From the NCBI GenBank assembly GCA_010405405.1, contig MU004231.1:4080884-4144883 (forward strand): DNA of 64,000 bases, written 5' to 3'. The position numbers were made by a program, and so were the translations under genes. Origin of the DNA: Microthyrium microscopicum. Lineage: Eukaryota. Numbering within the stretch: the stretch's first letter is position 1; each line of letters starts with the position of its first letter. The notes beneath the pieces were generated by a model. The model worked only from the letters and a program-made list of their open reading frames with translations. It ran no database searches and had not been told where the DNA came from. Positions 50,652 through 61,687 of this stretch are shown here, piece after piece.

Positions 50652-51270
50652 ACTTGGATGAGTTTGATGGGTTCTTTCAGGGGTTCAAGGTGACTGCGGG
50701 ATATTTGCTTGTACTGCGTGCTGGTGGTCTCGGATGTAGGCTATTACTGTCGGCTTGGGCATTGTAAGGAGTTTGATAGTAATGATAGACTTTAGAGTTT
50801 CCAAAGGCAGTAGAGGATAGTTGTTGTAGCGGATCCGCCTTAACACGACGGTCGGAAAACCTCTCAGCCCCAATAGCAAGCAACAAGCATGGTTCAAAGA
50901 ACATTGAAAAGCGATTAGTGAATTGTTCTAAGCTTTTTGTTCGATAAGAGTGGTTTCGCAAGACTTTAGATGTGGAGAAAAATGAAACATAAAAATAAAT
51001 GCCGCTTAGTGTAGCTTATCATTACTGGTTGGTGGAGCGTGGTTTAATTGAGGATCGTGAGAGGCAGAAAAGGAAGGAAAGGGTCCGACTTCTGCCACAA
51101 AACGGCCAGGAACAACCGACTCCTGGCCCGAGCTTTGTGTCGCAACTGCCTCCTAAGAATTTTCTCAATTGTCAACACCAAATCTTCTGCTGTCTTTTCT
51201 CTCTCTATCAATCACTTTCTCTCTGTTCTATCTCCACTCCTCCACACTCTATACAACGCATCCCGTCACA

Positions 51271-52722
51271 ATGGCTCCAAGCGCATTCTCCGACATTGCC
51301 AAGTCGTCCAACGACGTAAGGTCCCTAGGCTATCGCCAGTATCTTTGGAGCCTCGGACCATAGCTAACTGATCTTTAGCTCATCAACCGAGACTTCTATC
51401 ATGCTACTGCTGGTATGTTTGCGTATCTAAGCCGGTCACTGTCGGCGTTTTGCTTCGGAGCTTTGCTAATGCTTTGCGATAGCTACCCTTGAGGTCAAGC
51501 TAAAGTCCCCTGATGGCCTTGCTATCACCGCCAAGGGAACTTCACCCCATGATGGAGATATCGCTGGTTCCGTAAGTTACTCTACCTTGAATGGCCGCTC
51601 AATTGGCTCGGGTATCCTCTTATCATTGAGCTTAGCTAACAGTCATTTCCTAGGTCGAAGGCAAGAAGATCATCCAAAAGGGTACGACTTTTAATACTAT
51701 TGCTTTCTTCCCGATAAAACACAATATACCTCTTCCTCTTGAGATATGGCTATCTGTACTATGGCAGGACCGCGTACCTCCTTCTCGAGGCCGGCGTAGA
51801 CATGATACTACGAGGCAAGGGAATGCTGAATCGACACCGATACCTTCGACACCTCCCAGTCTGTCACCGATGCCATCTCCTTTGCCTCTGGTATCAGATC
51901 AAATACCTCAAATACCTCCCACTCCTCCTCTTATTAGTTCGCGGCCTCGTCGTTCTGCCCCACGCACTATACCTTCCTGTGTTTTTATACTGAGGTATCC
52001 CCATCTAGGTATCACCGCCACCTCAACATGGACTAACGCCAGCGTCGCGACCGTCAAGCTCGAGCTCGATGACATCCTCGCCGCCGGCGTCAAGGCCGAA
52101 TACATCGGCACCTATGCCCCCAAGACCGGCCTCAAGGCGCAAAAGGGCAACCTCTACTTCAAGCAAGGTGCCTTCCACGCGCGCGCTTTCGGCGAATACA
52201 CCCCTGCCACCGGCAACGTCAATGCCACCGTTGACGGTGTTGTTGCCCACGAAGGCTTCCTCGTTGGCGGAGAAGCTGGCTTTGACGTGCAAAAAGCTGC
52301 TCTCACCCGCTATGCCGCTGCATTCGGCTACGTAACGCCCGTCTACAGCATGGCCGTTACCGCGACCAACAGCTTGAGCGTCTTCACTGCTGGCTACTAC
52401 CACCGCGTGAACCCAGCTGTTGAGGCTGGTGTCAAGGCTGCGTATGACACCAAGACCAACTCGACTGTTGGTATTGAGGTTGCGACCAAGTACAAGATTG
52501 ACCCAACTGCTTTTGCCAAGTTCAAGCTCAATGATCGGGGTATTGTCTCGCTTGCGTACAATGCTCGTATCAATTCTGGATTTACTTTCGGTATTGGTGC
52601 TTCGCTTGATGCGCAAAAGCTCAATGAGGCTGGCCACAAGGTTTGTTGATCTCGATTGTTCTTACTCTTGCACTTGTGCTAATAATCTATAGATCGGTAC
52701 CTCTTTCACCTTCGAGGGATAG
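51271..52722 (+). CDS. POR1: Mitochondrial outer membrane porin (VDAC)
   Basis: 'MAPSAFSDIAKSSNDLINRDFYH', 'HEGFLVGGEAGFDVQKAA', 'YYHRVN' and 'DAQKLNEAGHKIGTSFTFEG*'. Five introns, the fourth 327 nt long. Confidence 0.96.
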
Positions 52723-53036
52723 AGTGTCACGCTTCTTATCTTAGAGTGCTTGAAAATATGTGTATTGGGATGCTTGAAGAGGGTCAGCTGTGTTGTAGAC
52801 GAATTAGAATTGTGATATATCCGCTTGTACTGAATACCAGGTAGTAGAAGCGAGACATGTTGGATGTCGCTATACAATTTCCCACCAAACAGCGTCGTTC
52901 TGAGTGATTATTGATATTCTTGCATTATCTTCGTGGTGTCCTTCTATAGGTATTGCCGCCTTTGTGCTCCCTTCCATATCATCCTCGCACCCACCTCCAA
53001 GTATATTCATACATTGCCCGCTTCCAGGCCCATATA

Positions 53037-53896
53037 TCACTCCTTAGTCTTCTTCCCCTCAAACCCCCCAACCAAAACCGGACTCGCAAAAATAATCCCC
53101 ACCACCCCCGTCAACATCGCAAACCTCACCACCGCTCCCCACGCCTCACTCCGTCTCTCCGCCTCCGCCTCCTCCATACGCTGCTGCTGTCTCTCCGTCC
53201 ACCGCGCACTGAACCGTGCCTCCATATTACTATGTGTCCGTAAATGAGCCTCGCGATCCCATTGACCAGTCCCATGCATCGAGCCAGTAAAACTCTGCCC
53301 ATTCTGTCCCTCCCCCTTATTCCCAGGGGATGTATGAGGTTGCTCCCAATTGCTCGTCCATGGCTTGTAGTTGCTCCGTCTATGCACGTTACCCCCATGT
53401 CCACCGTTGGCGTAGAAAGACGGCGGGGGGCCGCGGAATTGCGTTCGGCGGCGCGAGAGACCGGACGCGGGGCGGGAGCCGGCGCGCGCGGAACTGTAGG
53501 AGCCGCTAGGGTGGGTTGCGCTGGGTGCGGAGGAGGGTAGGGAGAGGTCGTAGGTGGTGCGGGTGGAGGGGTGGGAGAGGGTGGTGTAGGCGTTGGAGAG
53601 GCGGTGGAAGCGGGTTGCGGCGTTGGGGTCGTTGGGGTGGAGATCGGGGTGGTGTTGTTTTGAGAGGGTGTAGAATTTACTGGAGGGTTGTTAGAGGTGG
53701 GTTGTGGAAAGGGAGGTGGTTGTTACTGTTTGATTTCGGCGGGCGTGGCGTTGTTGGCTAGCTGTAGGACTTCGTAGTGGGTTTGCTGGGTGTGGGTGGA
53801 GCGTAGGTTTGGAGTGCTGGTGAATGGGCGGTGGGGGACATTGTGAGGGATTGCGATCTTGATGTGGGAGGAGATCGAGCGGAAGACGGTGGACAT
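53037..53896 (-). CDS. Mitochondrial J-domain (DnaJ-like) protein with C-terminal TM
   Basis: Presequence-like N-terminus, 'THYEVLQL..ATPAEIK', then after intron 53680-53726 'KFYTLSKQHHPDLHPNDP..RF..LSNAY' (HPD motif), and a hydrophobic C-terminus. Confidence 0.88.
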
Positions 53897-54030
53897 GAGA
53901 GGGTTGGGGACGGCATTGAGATTGTTGTTGGTGAGAGGAGATGTGGTGGTGGTGGTGGTGGTGGTTTTGGTGTTGATGTCATGGAGTATCAAAGATCTCG
54001 GAGCCGAGATTGAAGTTGACTTCACTCCTT

Positions 54031-54262
54031 CTCGAAGGACAAAATAAGTGAGCCGTTTCGACAACTACTCCTATCAATTGCGATGGCTGTCATAACACTT
54101 CTTATAGAGTAATTGCTCTGATTCCCCCCAGCGTGGCAAAATCTATGTTAACTTATCAAATACGACGGTAATCAAAGTAGTTACTCTTTAGGAAGTGTTA
54201 TGGCAGCCATGTCGATCGATGGGAGTAGTCGTCCAGACGGCTCACTTATTTTGTCCCGCGAG
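54031..54262. mobile_element. Foldback/MITE-like element with ~93-bp imperfect terminal inverted repeats, flanked by a 17-20-bp direct repeat
   Basis: Left arm 54031-54123 is the reverse complement of right arm 54170-54262 (about 16 mismatches by eye). AGTTGACTTCACTCCTTCTC occurs at 54014-54033 and 54263-54282. Confidence 0.8.
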
Positions 54263-54353
54263 AGTTGACTTCACTCCTTCTCAGCCTGACCCTCAACGAC
54301 CAACGAACTTCACACCCTACATTCTTTTCTGATAGAGGTATCAAGCCATAATA

Positions 54354-56918
54354 ATGGGTGAATTATGTGAACCATGTTGGAACATCTTTGGTCCCCATGG
54401 GATCGACCACTTTTCTTCAGGAAATATGGTTGTGAACTTTGAGAAACATCATAACAACAGAGCCAGTTTCGATAAAGCTGTTGAGGGGAATTGTGCGATT
54501 TGTGTTCGCTTGATGGTTCTGTATAGAGCTGAAGAAATGAGAATGCTGCGTCGGAAAGACAACGTCCCAGAGCAAGTGAAGAAACTGCCAGCAAAAGCGA
54601 GCGGCCTATCGACTACCGAAGGTGGACTGGGACAAGAGAACGAGATTATGTCTTCGGCGGAAACCAACAAGCCGTTAACAGAAGAAGTGGCACCGGAAGA
54701 AAACCAATCTTCGGAAGAGAATCAATCCTCAGAAGAGAATCAATCCCTAGAAGAGAATCAATCCCCAGAAGAGAATCAATCCCTAGAAGAGAATCAATCC
54801 TCAAAAGAGAAACAATCCTCAAAAGAGAAACAATCCTCAAAAGAGAATCAATCCTCAGCAGAGAATCAATCCTCAGCAGAGAATCAATCCTCGGAAGAGA
54901 AACAATCCTTAGTAGAAGCAGATATCCCAACGGCAGATGACTCTTTTGGTACTCGATATTATCTGCCATACTGGCAGAAAACAATTCGACTGAGTATCCA
55001 GGTTAATGAATATGGTCCTGGTCCTTATGGAAGAAGTTCAGTGCCGTCTTTCACGGCTGACTTTATCTTGTCAAAACAGACTGGTGAGTTTTTCATCTCA
55101 CTTTTCAGCTAACAAATGTAACTTGCTAGTAATCACAGCCTTCTCTTGATTACTTCTGGTAATCTGGCGTCGAACGGCATTGTGGCTAATATCAATTCTA
55201 TCTTCTTAGATACTTCGAATCTTAGTTTACTTCAGTCGCTCCCAAATAGTACTGGATCCAAAGAAACCCTCAATCTGGCGATGAGCTGGTTACGCGCATG
55301 TAAAGAAAATCATAAAGACTGCGACTGGCTTCGATCTCTGGACAAGCAACGGCCTTCTCGTCTGATTGACATTGGCCCACCTGGATCTCTGGAATGGAAA
55401 TTGCAACTGTCGACAGAAAATGATGGTCCCCATCCCGAATATGAGTATATAACTCTTAGTCATCGATGGGCTGAGAACGATACTTTTCGTCTTACTGAAG
55501 GCAACCTACAAGCCTTCTGTGATGGTAAGCTGGTGTCTGATCTGCCAAGAACATTTCAAGAAACCATTCAAGTGGCGCATCACTTTTCAATTCGATATCT
55601 GTGGATTGATTGCTTGTGCATAATTCAAGATTCGAATCGGGATTGGCGTTTGGAATCACAGAAAATGCAATCTGTCTATGCAAAATCTGTCTGCAATATC
55701 GTCGCTGCGGATTGTCATGACACTGAAGATATGGGAATCTTCCGAGATCGTGACCCTTTTTACATCTCCTCAATTCTTGTCAAAGCGATCTGGAGTGAAG
55801 GCAAACGATTCAAAGAATGGAAAAAAGCGGACGAGATGTTTCCCAAAAAAGGAAATCACCTGATAACTCAGGAGCAGCCTATCTTGGATGACTTCTGTAA
55901 TGCGCCACTTTACAAAAGAGGCTGGGTATTGCAAGAGCGACTTCTGGCACCACGTTTACTCCACTTTGGAAGAAGTCAGGTCTTTTGGTCTTGCAAGCAT
56001 CACCAAGCCTCGGAGTCACTGCCTGACGGATTTGAGCTACCCAATGCTGAGAGACTGAACTTGAATCCACTAAGTGTATCATTGAACACAGATCAGTCAG
56101 AGGCCCTTCAGATATCTCTTGACGATACTCTCACCATGTGGGTTCGAATTGTCGAAGAATACACGAAATGCCGTCTTACCTTTGCAAGCGACAAGCTCGT
56201 TGCCCTTTCTGGAATAGCGAATGCATTCAAGGCTCGGAATGACTCGTTTAGGATATATGTCTCTGGTATATTTCTTGGCTACTACAGTCCACAGTGCTTG
56301 GCTTGGAGAGTGGTACATCCAACGGAGCACATTGCCACACCAATTTCCGGTCATCCCAGTTGGTCTTGGGCATCCATAGAGGCCGAGATCCAATATAAAC
56401 ACATGATAAAGGGCACAGCGCTGGTTACTATTACTGACGTTGGTAATCCATCAAGCCAGACTCGCCCACAAGATCCATACTTATTGGTCAAGGGCGCATT
56501 ATGTGCAGCGAATATCGCAAAAACCGCCACAGACCTAGTACTCACTATCGGCTCATGGACGGGCAGAACTGAATTTGCTACTAGTAGCTGGCGTTTTGCC
56601 TGGCCAGGTGGCTTGTGGCCAGACCAAGAGTTCAAAAATCAAATGGACGACCAGGGGATTAAGAGTGGTGGTAGTGACGTCTATCTGCTTCCTTTGACAT
56701 CAGCTATGATTGAACACTGGGACGAACCAGATGATATTGGAAGCGTAGGATTGATCCTGGAAAGATTGGGAGAAGATGGGGATTCATATAGGAGAATAGG
56801 CCTCTTTGACTTCACCTGGTGGGGAAGAGCCAGTGCAGAGATTGGCATCGTTGAAAGAGCACCTGGGACAACGGGACTCAATCTCGATATACAATTAAGC
56901 GAATTCACGCTATGGTAA
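54354..56918 (+). CDS. HET-domain (heterokaryon incompatibility-type) protein
   Basis: 'WLRACKENHKDC', 'PSRLIDIG', 'YITLSHRW', 'LPRTFQETI', 'RYLWIDCLCIIQD', 'MQSVY', 'PLYKRGWVLQERLLAPRLLHFG', 'DKLVALSGIA' and 'PSWSWAS'. In-frame join via intron 55084-55209. Confidence 0.92.
54693..54908 (+). repeat. Coding minisatellite, 12 x 18 bp (xEENQS hexapeptide)
   Basis: Repeated units of type GAAGAGAATCAATCCTCA, translating to PEENQS SEENQS ... SKEKQS ... SEEKQS. Confidence 0.95.
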
Positions 56919-57574
56919 TGAAATATGTGCTGAAGGTCCAACGAAACATGCTAACGCTTCATGCTCACGACTAAACTGTACCAACTCATGTCATGCTTCA
57001 GTATGGATTCATGCATTTCAAGGGGTAGAGAAATAATGGCGAGCTCCCATCAGCTACTATGTCTCCCATCGCACTTTATAATGAGAAAGAGCTTGAACTC
57101 CCAGCGCATTGGATAGGTAGATGGAGATATTCAAGAGGAACCAAAGAAGTCCGAGTCACTTCATGTCATTCGTTCAACATTGTGTAGAGCCCTCGGAATC
57201 TTTGCTTTATAATTTGATCGAGCTCGGGAGTTTGTAATTCCCGAATGCTTCAACAGTCAACACAGACCTCGGACTTTAGTGATGCCCGAATCCAGTCTTA
57301 CAGAGCTATCCGCTAGAGTGGTCAGTCAAAGGGGTGATTTCTCTTGATATAAATACTCCAAATCCCCTGTCATCAAAGGTTTATAGTAAACTCGAACTTT
57401 CTATCTCTCCGAAGCCAATACTGTGAGCTCTGCTCCAAACTAAACGGATCCTCCGCACTGCAAACCACCCCTTTTGCTCAACTTTCATCTTCCTACGAGA
57501 AGTTTGTATTCTATTCAATACACATTAAATATCTGCTAAATTTCAGTTTTGCCTCAGCGAAGTCTCAAACGAAC

Positions 57575-57637
57575 GTAAGAGGCCAGTACGTGGTATAAAC
57601 ATCCCCAATTGCAACCACAACCGCTAACACGATATAG
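57575..57637 (+). other. Probable 5'-UTR intron of the monooxygenase gene
   Basis: GTAAGA donor, GCTAAC branch site at 57623, and TAG acceptor 15 nt upstream of the ATG. Confidence 0.5.
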
Positions 57638-57652
57638 ATCTGTTACAAGTTC

Positions 57653-58897
57653 ATGATGGCAAAGTTTCAGCCTAGAATAGCCATTGTTGGCGGTGGACCC
57701 TCCGGCCTCTCCTTGGGACTGCTGTTGTTCAACCGAGGAGTCCAAGTCACCATATACGAACTCCGAAAAGAGCCTACAAAAGAAGAACTTGAGAAACCAT
57801 CCGGAATGCTAGATCTACACGAGGAATCTGGCCAAAAAGTGATACGTGAATGTGGCCTGTGGGTTGATTTTCAGGCCGCAATTGGTGATTGTTCCGAAGC
57901 ATGCAAAGTTATCGACTCTGACGGCACTGTTCTACACGCGGATGAAGGGGAGCTGTCATCTCGTCCAGAAATTCCACGACACGCTCTACTCAAAATGTTG
58001 ACTGGAAGTTTACCCGAGGGCACAGTCAAATGGAACCACAAGATTACAGCTATAAGAAATGAGATTGAATCTACTACTGGCGCGACCAAAATCATTATCG
58101 ATTTTGCTTCTAGAGAATCCGCAACCTACGACTTTGTGGTTGGTGCTGATGGCGCCTGGTCTCGAGTTCGAAAACTGCTCTCTGATGCCATACCATTTTA
58201 TGTGGGAGCGCAGTTCCTACAAGCCACAGCGAGCAACGTCACATCCAATTACCCACACCTGCTCGAACTCAACGGTCCTGGAACAGTAATGGCCCTTGGC
58301 GGCCGTAATGGCATCCTAACTCATCGCGGTCCACAAGACTCAATTCGAGTTTATGCAGCCATAACTACTCCTCACGAAGATTGGCTCGGAAATACTGGAC
58401 TTATGGGGAAAACATCAGCTGAATTGAGAGAGAAACTTGTCAGTGACGACAGCCTGTTCAAGACTTGGGCTCCTTCACTGCAAGATTTGCTCACAACCGC
58501 GTGTGACGAACAAACGAAAGACAATCCTGGCCAGCCCGCTGAAGTTCTGCCTATCTACATGCTTCCCATTGGACATCGATGGGAATTCAAAACAGGATTG
58601 ACTCTGATAGGCGATGCAGCTCATTTGATGTCACCATTCGCTGGCGAGGGCGTCAATCTTGCTTTGTGGGACTCTTTAGATCTGGCACATATGCTTGCAG
58701 CAGTACCAGAGGCAACAGAGGCTGCGGCGTGGCAAGCTGCATTGGAGCCTGGATTGCGTGGCTTTGAAGAAAAGATGCTTGCGCGAGCACAAGAGAAAGC
58801 GGAAGAATCATCTCAGAATAAAGAAGTTATGTTAGGCGAGAAGGGCGCACAAGGTATGGCAGCCTTTTTCCAACAGGCATATCAGCAACAAGAATGA
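57653..58897 (+). CDS. Group A FAD-dependent monooxygenase (TetX-like)
   Basis: GGGPSG Rossmann motif, 'GMLDLHEESGQ', 'RPEIPR', 'VVGADGAWSRVR' and 'LIGDAAHLMSPFAGEGVNLALWDSLDLA'. Confidence 0.92.
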   Translation: MMAKFQPRIAIVGGGPSGLSLGLLLFNRGVQVTIYELRKEPTKEELEKPSGMLDLHEESGQKVIRECGLWVDFQAAIGDCSEACKVIDSDGTVLHADEGELSSRPEIPRHALLKMLTGSLPEGTVKWNHKITAIRNEIESTTGATKIIIDFASRESATYDFVVGADGAWSRVRKLLSDAIPFYVGAQFLQATASNVTSNYPHLLELNGPGTVMALGGRNGILTHRGPQDSIRVYAAITTPHEDWLGNTGLMGKTSAELREKLVSDDSLFKTWAPSLQDLLTTACDEQTKDNPGQPAEVLPIYMLPIGHRWEFKTGLTLIGDAAHLMSPFAGEGVNLALWDSLDLAHMLAAVPEATEAAAWQAALEPGLRGFEEKMLARAQEKAEESSQNKEVMLGEKGAQGMAAFFQQAYQQQE

Positions 58898-59656
58898 TAT
58901 ACGAGTCGTAATCATGATAGTATTGAGTGCCATCTGGCATCCGGTAAACAGAAGAAATGCGGCGCTCCAATTAAAGGCGGTGGCTACCATCTACTGTGCT
59001 TTATGACCAATTTTTTTATCTTCCCACAAATGCACAGAACTGTCGACTCTCTACCTAGTGCATTGAATATATCGAACACCGCAAATTGGATAAACTGCTT
59101 CTCAAGTTGAAATGTCATTCTATGAGTACGTCCTCCAAATTTTCAAGTTCTCAACTAATGGCTATGAGCATACCTCCTTACTAACCTATCAGAGCTCAGA
59201 GGAAATGTTTCAATGTATCAAAGAACTCTTCTCTCTCTGGTACTAGAGATACAGTAATTGAACATTGGTACCTAGCATCAAAACGCACAACCGCATGGCA
59301 AGATAAATGGCGTGATCCCATCCACTACGATCTCTACCATCTATCACGTTCTGCTATTAATTTCTTTATTGGCCATAGAGGGCGTTCATATCTTGCCGCC
59401 TTATCGAATGCAATGGCAATCATAGCACCTCGAACTGAAAAGGAGATGATGGGAGCCATCCGTAATGATGGCAGCGCGCCATTTATTTGCCAGGCGTCAA
59501 CATGAACGAATATTGTCTGAAAATATAATTGTTACCAGATCATGCATCATGAATCATGATTTGCCATTGTCATTTATCTGTCGCTATCGCTGCATTGAAA
59601 CCATTCGCCATCATGTCACCTTCATACCTAGGAGGTAGGCAAGTAATATTCATTCA

Positions 59657-60520
59657 TCACTTTAACTTAGGTGGTTGTAAGATACCCAAAACACATATTC
59701 CCACGCACGTTGCATTACTCGCTGGAATGCATCCGTTTAAAGGATTGGAAATACATGTGCCAGCACAAGGTTTTGTAATCGTACTGCCACATTTTTGCAG
59801 GCTGATGCTGACACAAACTTTTGAAGTAACATCATATGGATCAGTCACACAGACATGGTCGGAAGCAAGGCAGGATTGATTTGGTGCAACTCCTACACAA
59901 GGACCATACCGCGTGTTTGGAGGATAAAGCAGCGTTGTACCTCCCGTCATAGTACCGTTGGTGGTGACCATGGTGCCATTTGTGGTTGTGGTATTATTCG
60001 TGGTTGTGATATTGGTGATTGGATTTGTGGCTGTTGTTGTAGTTCCGTTGGGGTTGATAGTAGTCCCGTTGACAATAGTGGTAGTATTGTCAGCCATGTT
60101 TGTAAGTGTAGTTGTCGTTCCATTTACATCATTCATGGCAGTCCCGTTTACCGTGGTGATGGTATTGTTGGCCATGTTTGTAAGTGTTGTTGTCGTTCCA
60201 TTTACATCATTCATGGCAGTCCCATTTACCATCGTGGTGGTATTGTTGGCCGTGTTTGTGACTGAGGTTGCCGTTCCATTTACATCATTCATGGCAGTTC
60301 CGTTTACTGTGGTGGTGGTATTGTTGGCCATGTTTGTAAGTGTAGTTTCCGTTCCAGTTGTATTCATCGCAATTCCAGTGACTGTGCTTGTGATATTGTC
60401 AGGTACTGAAGATCGAACAGTCCAATCTGAGAGCGAATGGAGAAAGTTCCAGACATCACCAGGGACGATAGGCGAGGCGAAAGTGGCACAAAAAAGAAGT
60501 ATAGGAACGAATCGACGCAT
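59657..60520 (-). CDS. Secreted Thr/Asn-rich repeat protein with 10-Cys C-terminal domain
   Basis: Signal peptide MRRFVPILLFCATFA, 26-aa repeats and many N-x-T sequons. The C-terminus carries 10 Cys and ends ...NPLNGCIP..CVGICV. Confidence 0.85.
   Translation of the reverse strand: MRRFVPILLFCATFASPIVPGDVWNFLHSLSDWTVRSSVPDNITSTVTGIAMNTTGTETTLTNMANNTTTTVNGTAMNDVNGTATSVTNTANNTTTMVNGTAMNDVNGTTTTLTNMANNTITTVNGTAMNDVNGTTTTLTNMADNTTTIVNGTTINPNGTTTTATNPITNITTTNNTTTTNGTMVTTNGTMTGGTTLLYPPNTRYGPCVGVAPNQSCLASDHVCVTDPYDVTSKVCVSISLQKCGSTITKPCAGTCISNPLNGCIPASNATCVGICVLGILQPPKLK
60060..60370 (-). repeat. Coding tandem repeat, ~78-bp unit x ~4
   Basis: CCATGTTTGTAAGTGT-type anchors recur with a 78-nt period. 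Peptide unit TTTTLTNMANNTTTTVNGTAMNDVNG. Confidence 0.88.
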
Positions 60521-61687
60521 AATGTCTCTCTTCAAGGAAAATTCAAGAGGAAATGTCCTTCAATTGTTGCTATTTAATTGCGAATGAAGTAATAAGCTGT
60601 CTTAGCTGCCAGAAGTGATGGTGCTGGAATTGGCTGACCTGCTTCTTTATAGATATATGCCGTATAGTAGAATAGTAAGAGCGGTGTACAATCAGTACTA
60701 CTATCATATAATACTTAGCATCATGGAATATTGAAGTTGTATCATTGGTAACCTTTGGATCTAGTGTGCCTAAAGTGCTAGAAGCCATCAAGAACTGACA
60801 CTAGATCACGATGACAAAACAGCTGAAGAGCGAAATTATGTGGAGGATTTCGAGGACGTACCCATTAAATCTTACCAGCATCTAGAAAAGAGCGCCGTTT
60901 CAAAAACAGATTCTAAACCTAAGCACTAAGAAGCTCTCCATTTGATATTGGGCTATTTATGGAATTAGTATTTGCCGCTCGAGTGATCTGAATAGCAATC
61001 TTATAAGGGATCTTTTCAGTAATTGATGAACCTTTTTGCATGGCGAGAGGCTGAACAGCAATGCTAAGTGTATTTATGTCTCGTGGTAAATTCAGTTGTT
61101 GAACCGATATATCGTAGTGTACCGTCTAAACTACTTGGAGGTACGCCCAGAGACACGTTCGTGATATCAACCTCCATCCAAACTCAAATGTTCAGCTAGC
61201 AATCAGCTCCATGTGATCTGATTATTAGGTATAGCCGAACACTATCCGGGGTTGACAATCGGTTCCCGAAGGAGCAAAGGCACGTTGTGCAAGACCCTCA
61301 TCGGCATGGCAAATTAGAGGGCGATTTACCAGTAGGCTCGTTGGTCACCAGATGCTACGGCCTGACGTCGAGTGCTTTAATTGCCATAAAGGGCGTTAGA
61401 ACTTGAACGACTTATCGAGTACGAAGAGAAAGATCGCATTTCTTGTTTAAGAGCGTTAGTGGCAGCTATCGTAGTCGATGGGAGTACGCCAATCAATATA
61501 CCATGCCGTTGACCCTTTACAGCCTGAACGAATACAGCCCCAGAATCTTGTACCATTATGTTTTTGGGATTGTTCAGTGAAGCGATGGACCCGTATGTTA
61601 CTCTCGGACAATGTTTAGCCATATTAACTCCAAGATAATATGCCGCTGATTCTGACTGTCCAAAGTCCACCTCCATGTTTACGAGTA

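Noticed and set aside
52023..52637. 204-aa minus-strand ORF
   Set aside because: Antisense shadow of the codon-biased porin exon.
53420..53970. Strongly G-rich plus strand (possible G-quadruplex or repeat)
   Set aside because: Explained by C-ending codons and the Pro/Thr/His content of the minus-strand J-protein gene and its (ACC)n leader.
54693..54908. Regular short repeats as a CRISPR-like array
   Set aside because: Contiguous in-frame coding repeats without spacers, in a eukaryotic genome.
54646..54984. Minus-strand (LLRIDS)n ORF
   Set aside because: Antisense reading of the 18-bp minisatellite in the HET gene.
59958..60587. 209-aa Val-rich plus-strand ORF that looks like a membrane protein
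   Set aside because: Reverse complement of the Thr/Asn repeat gene. Val/Leu richness follows from its ACN/AAY codons.
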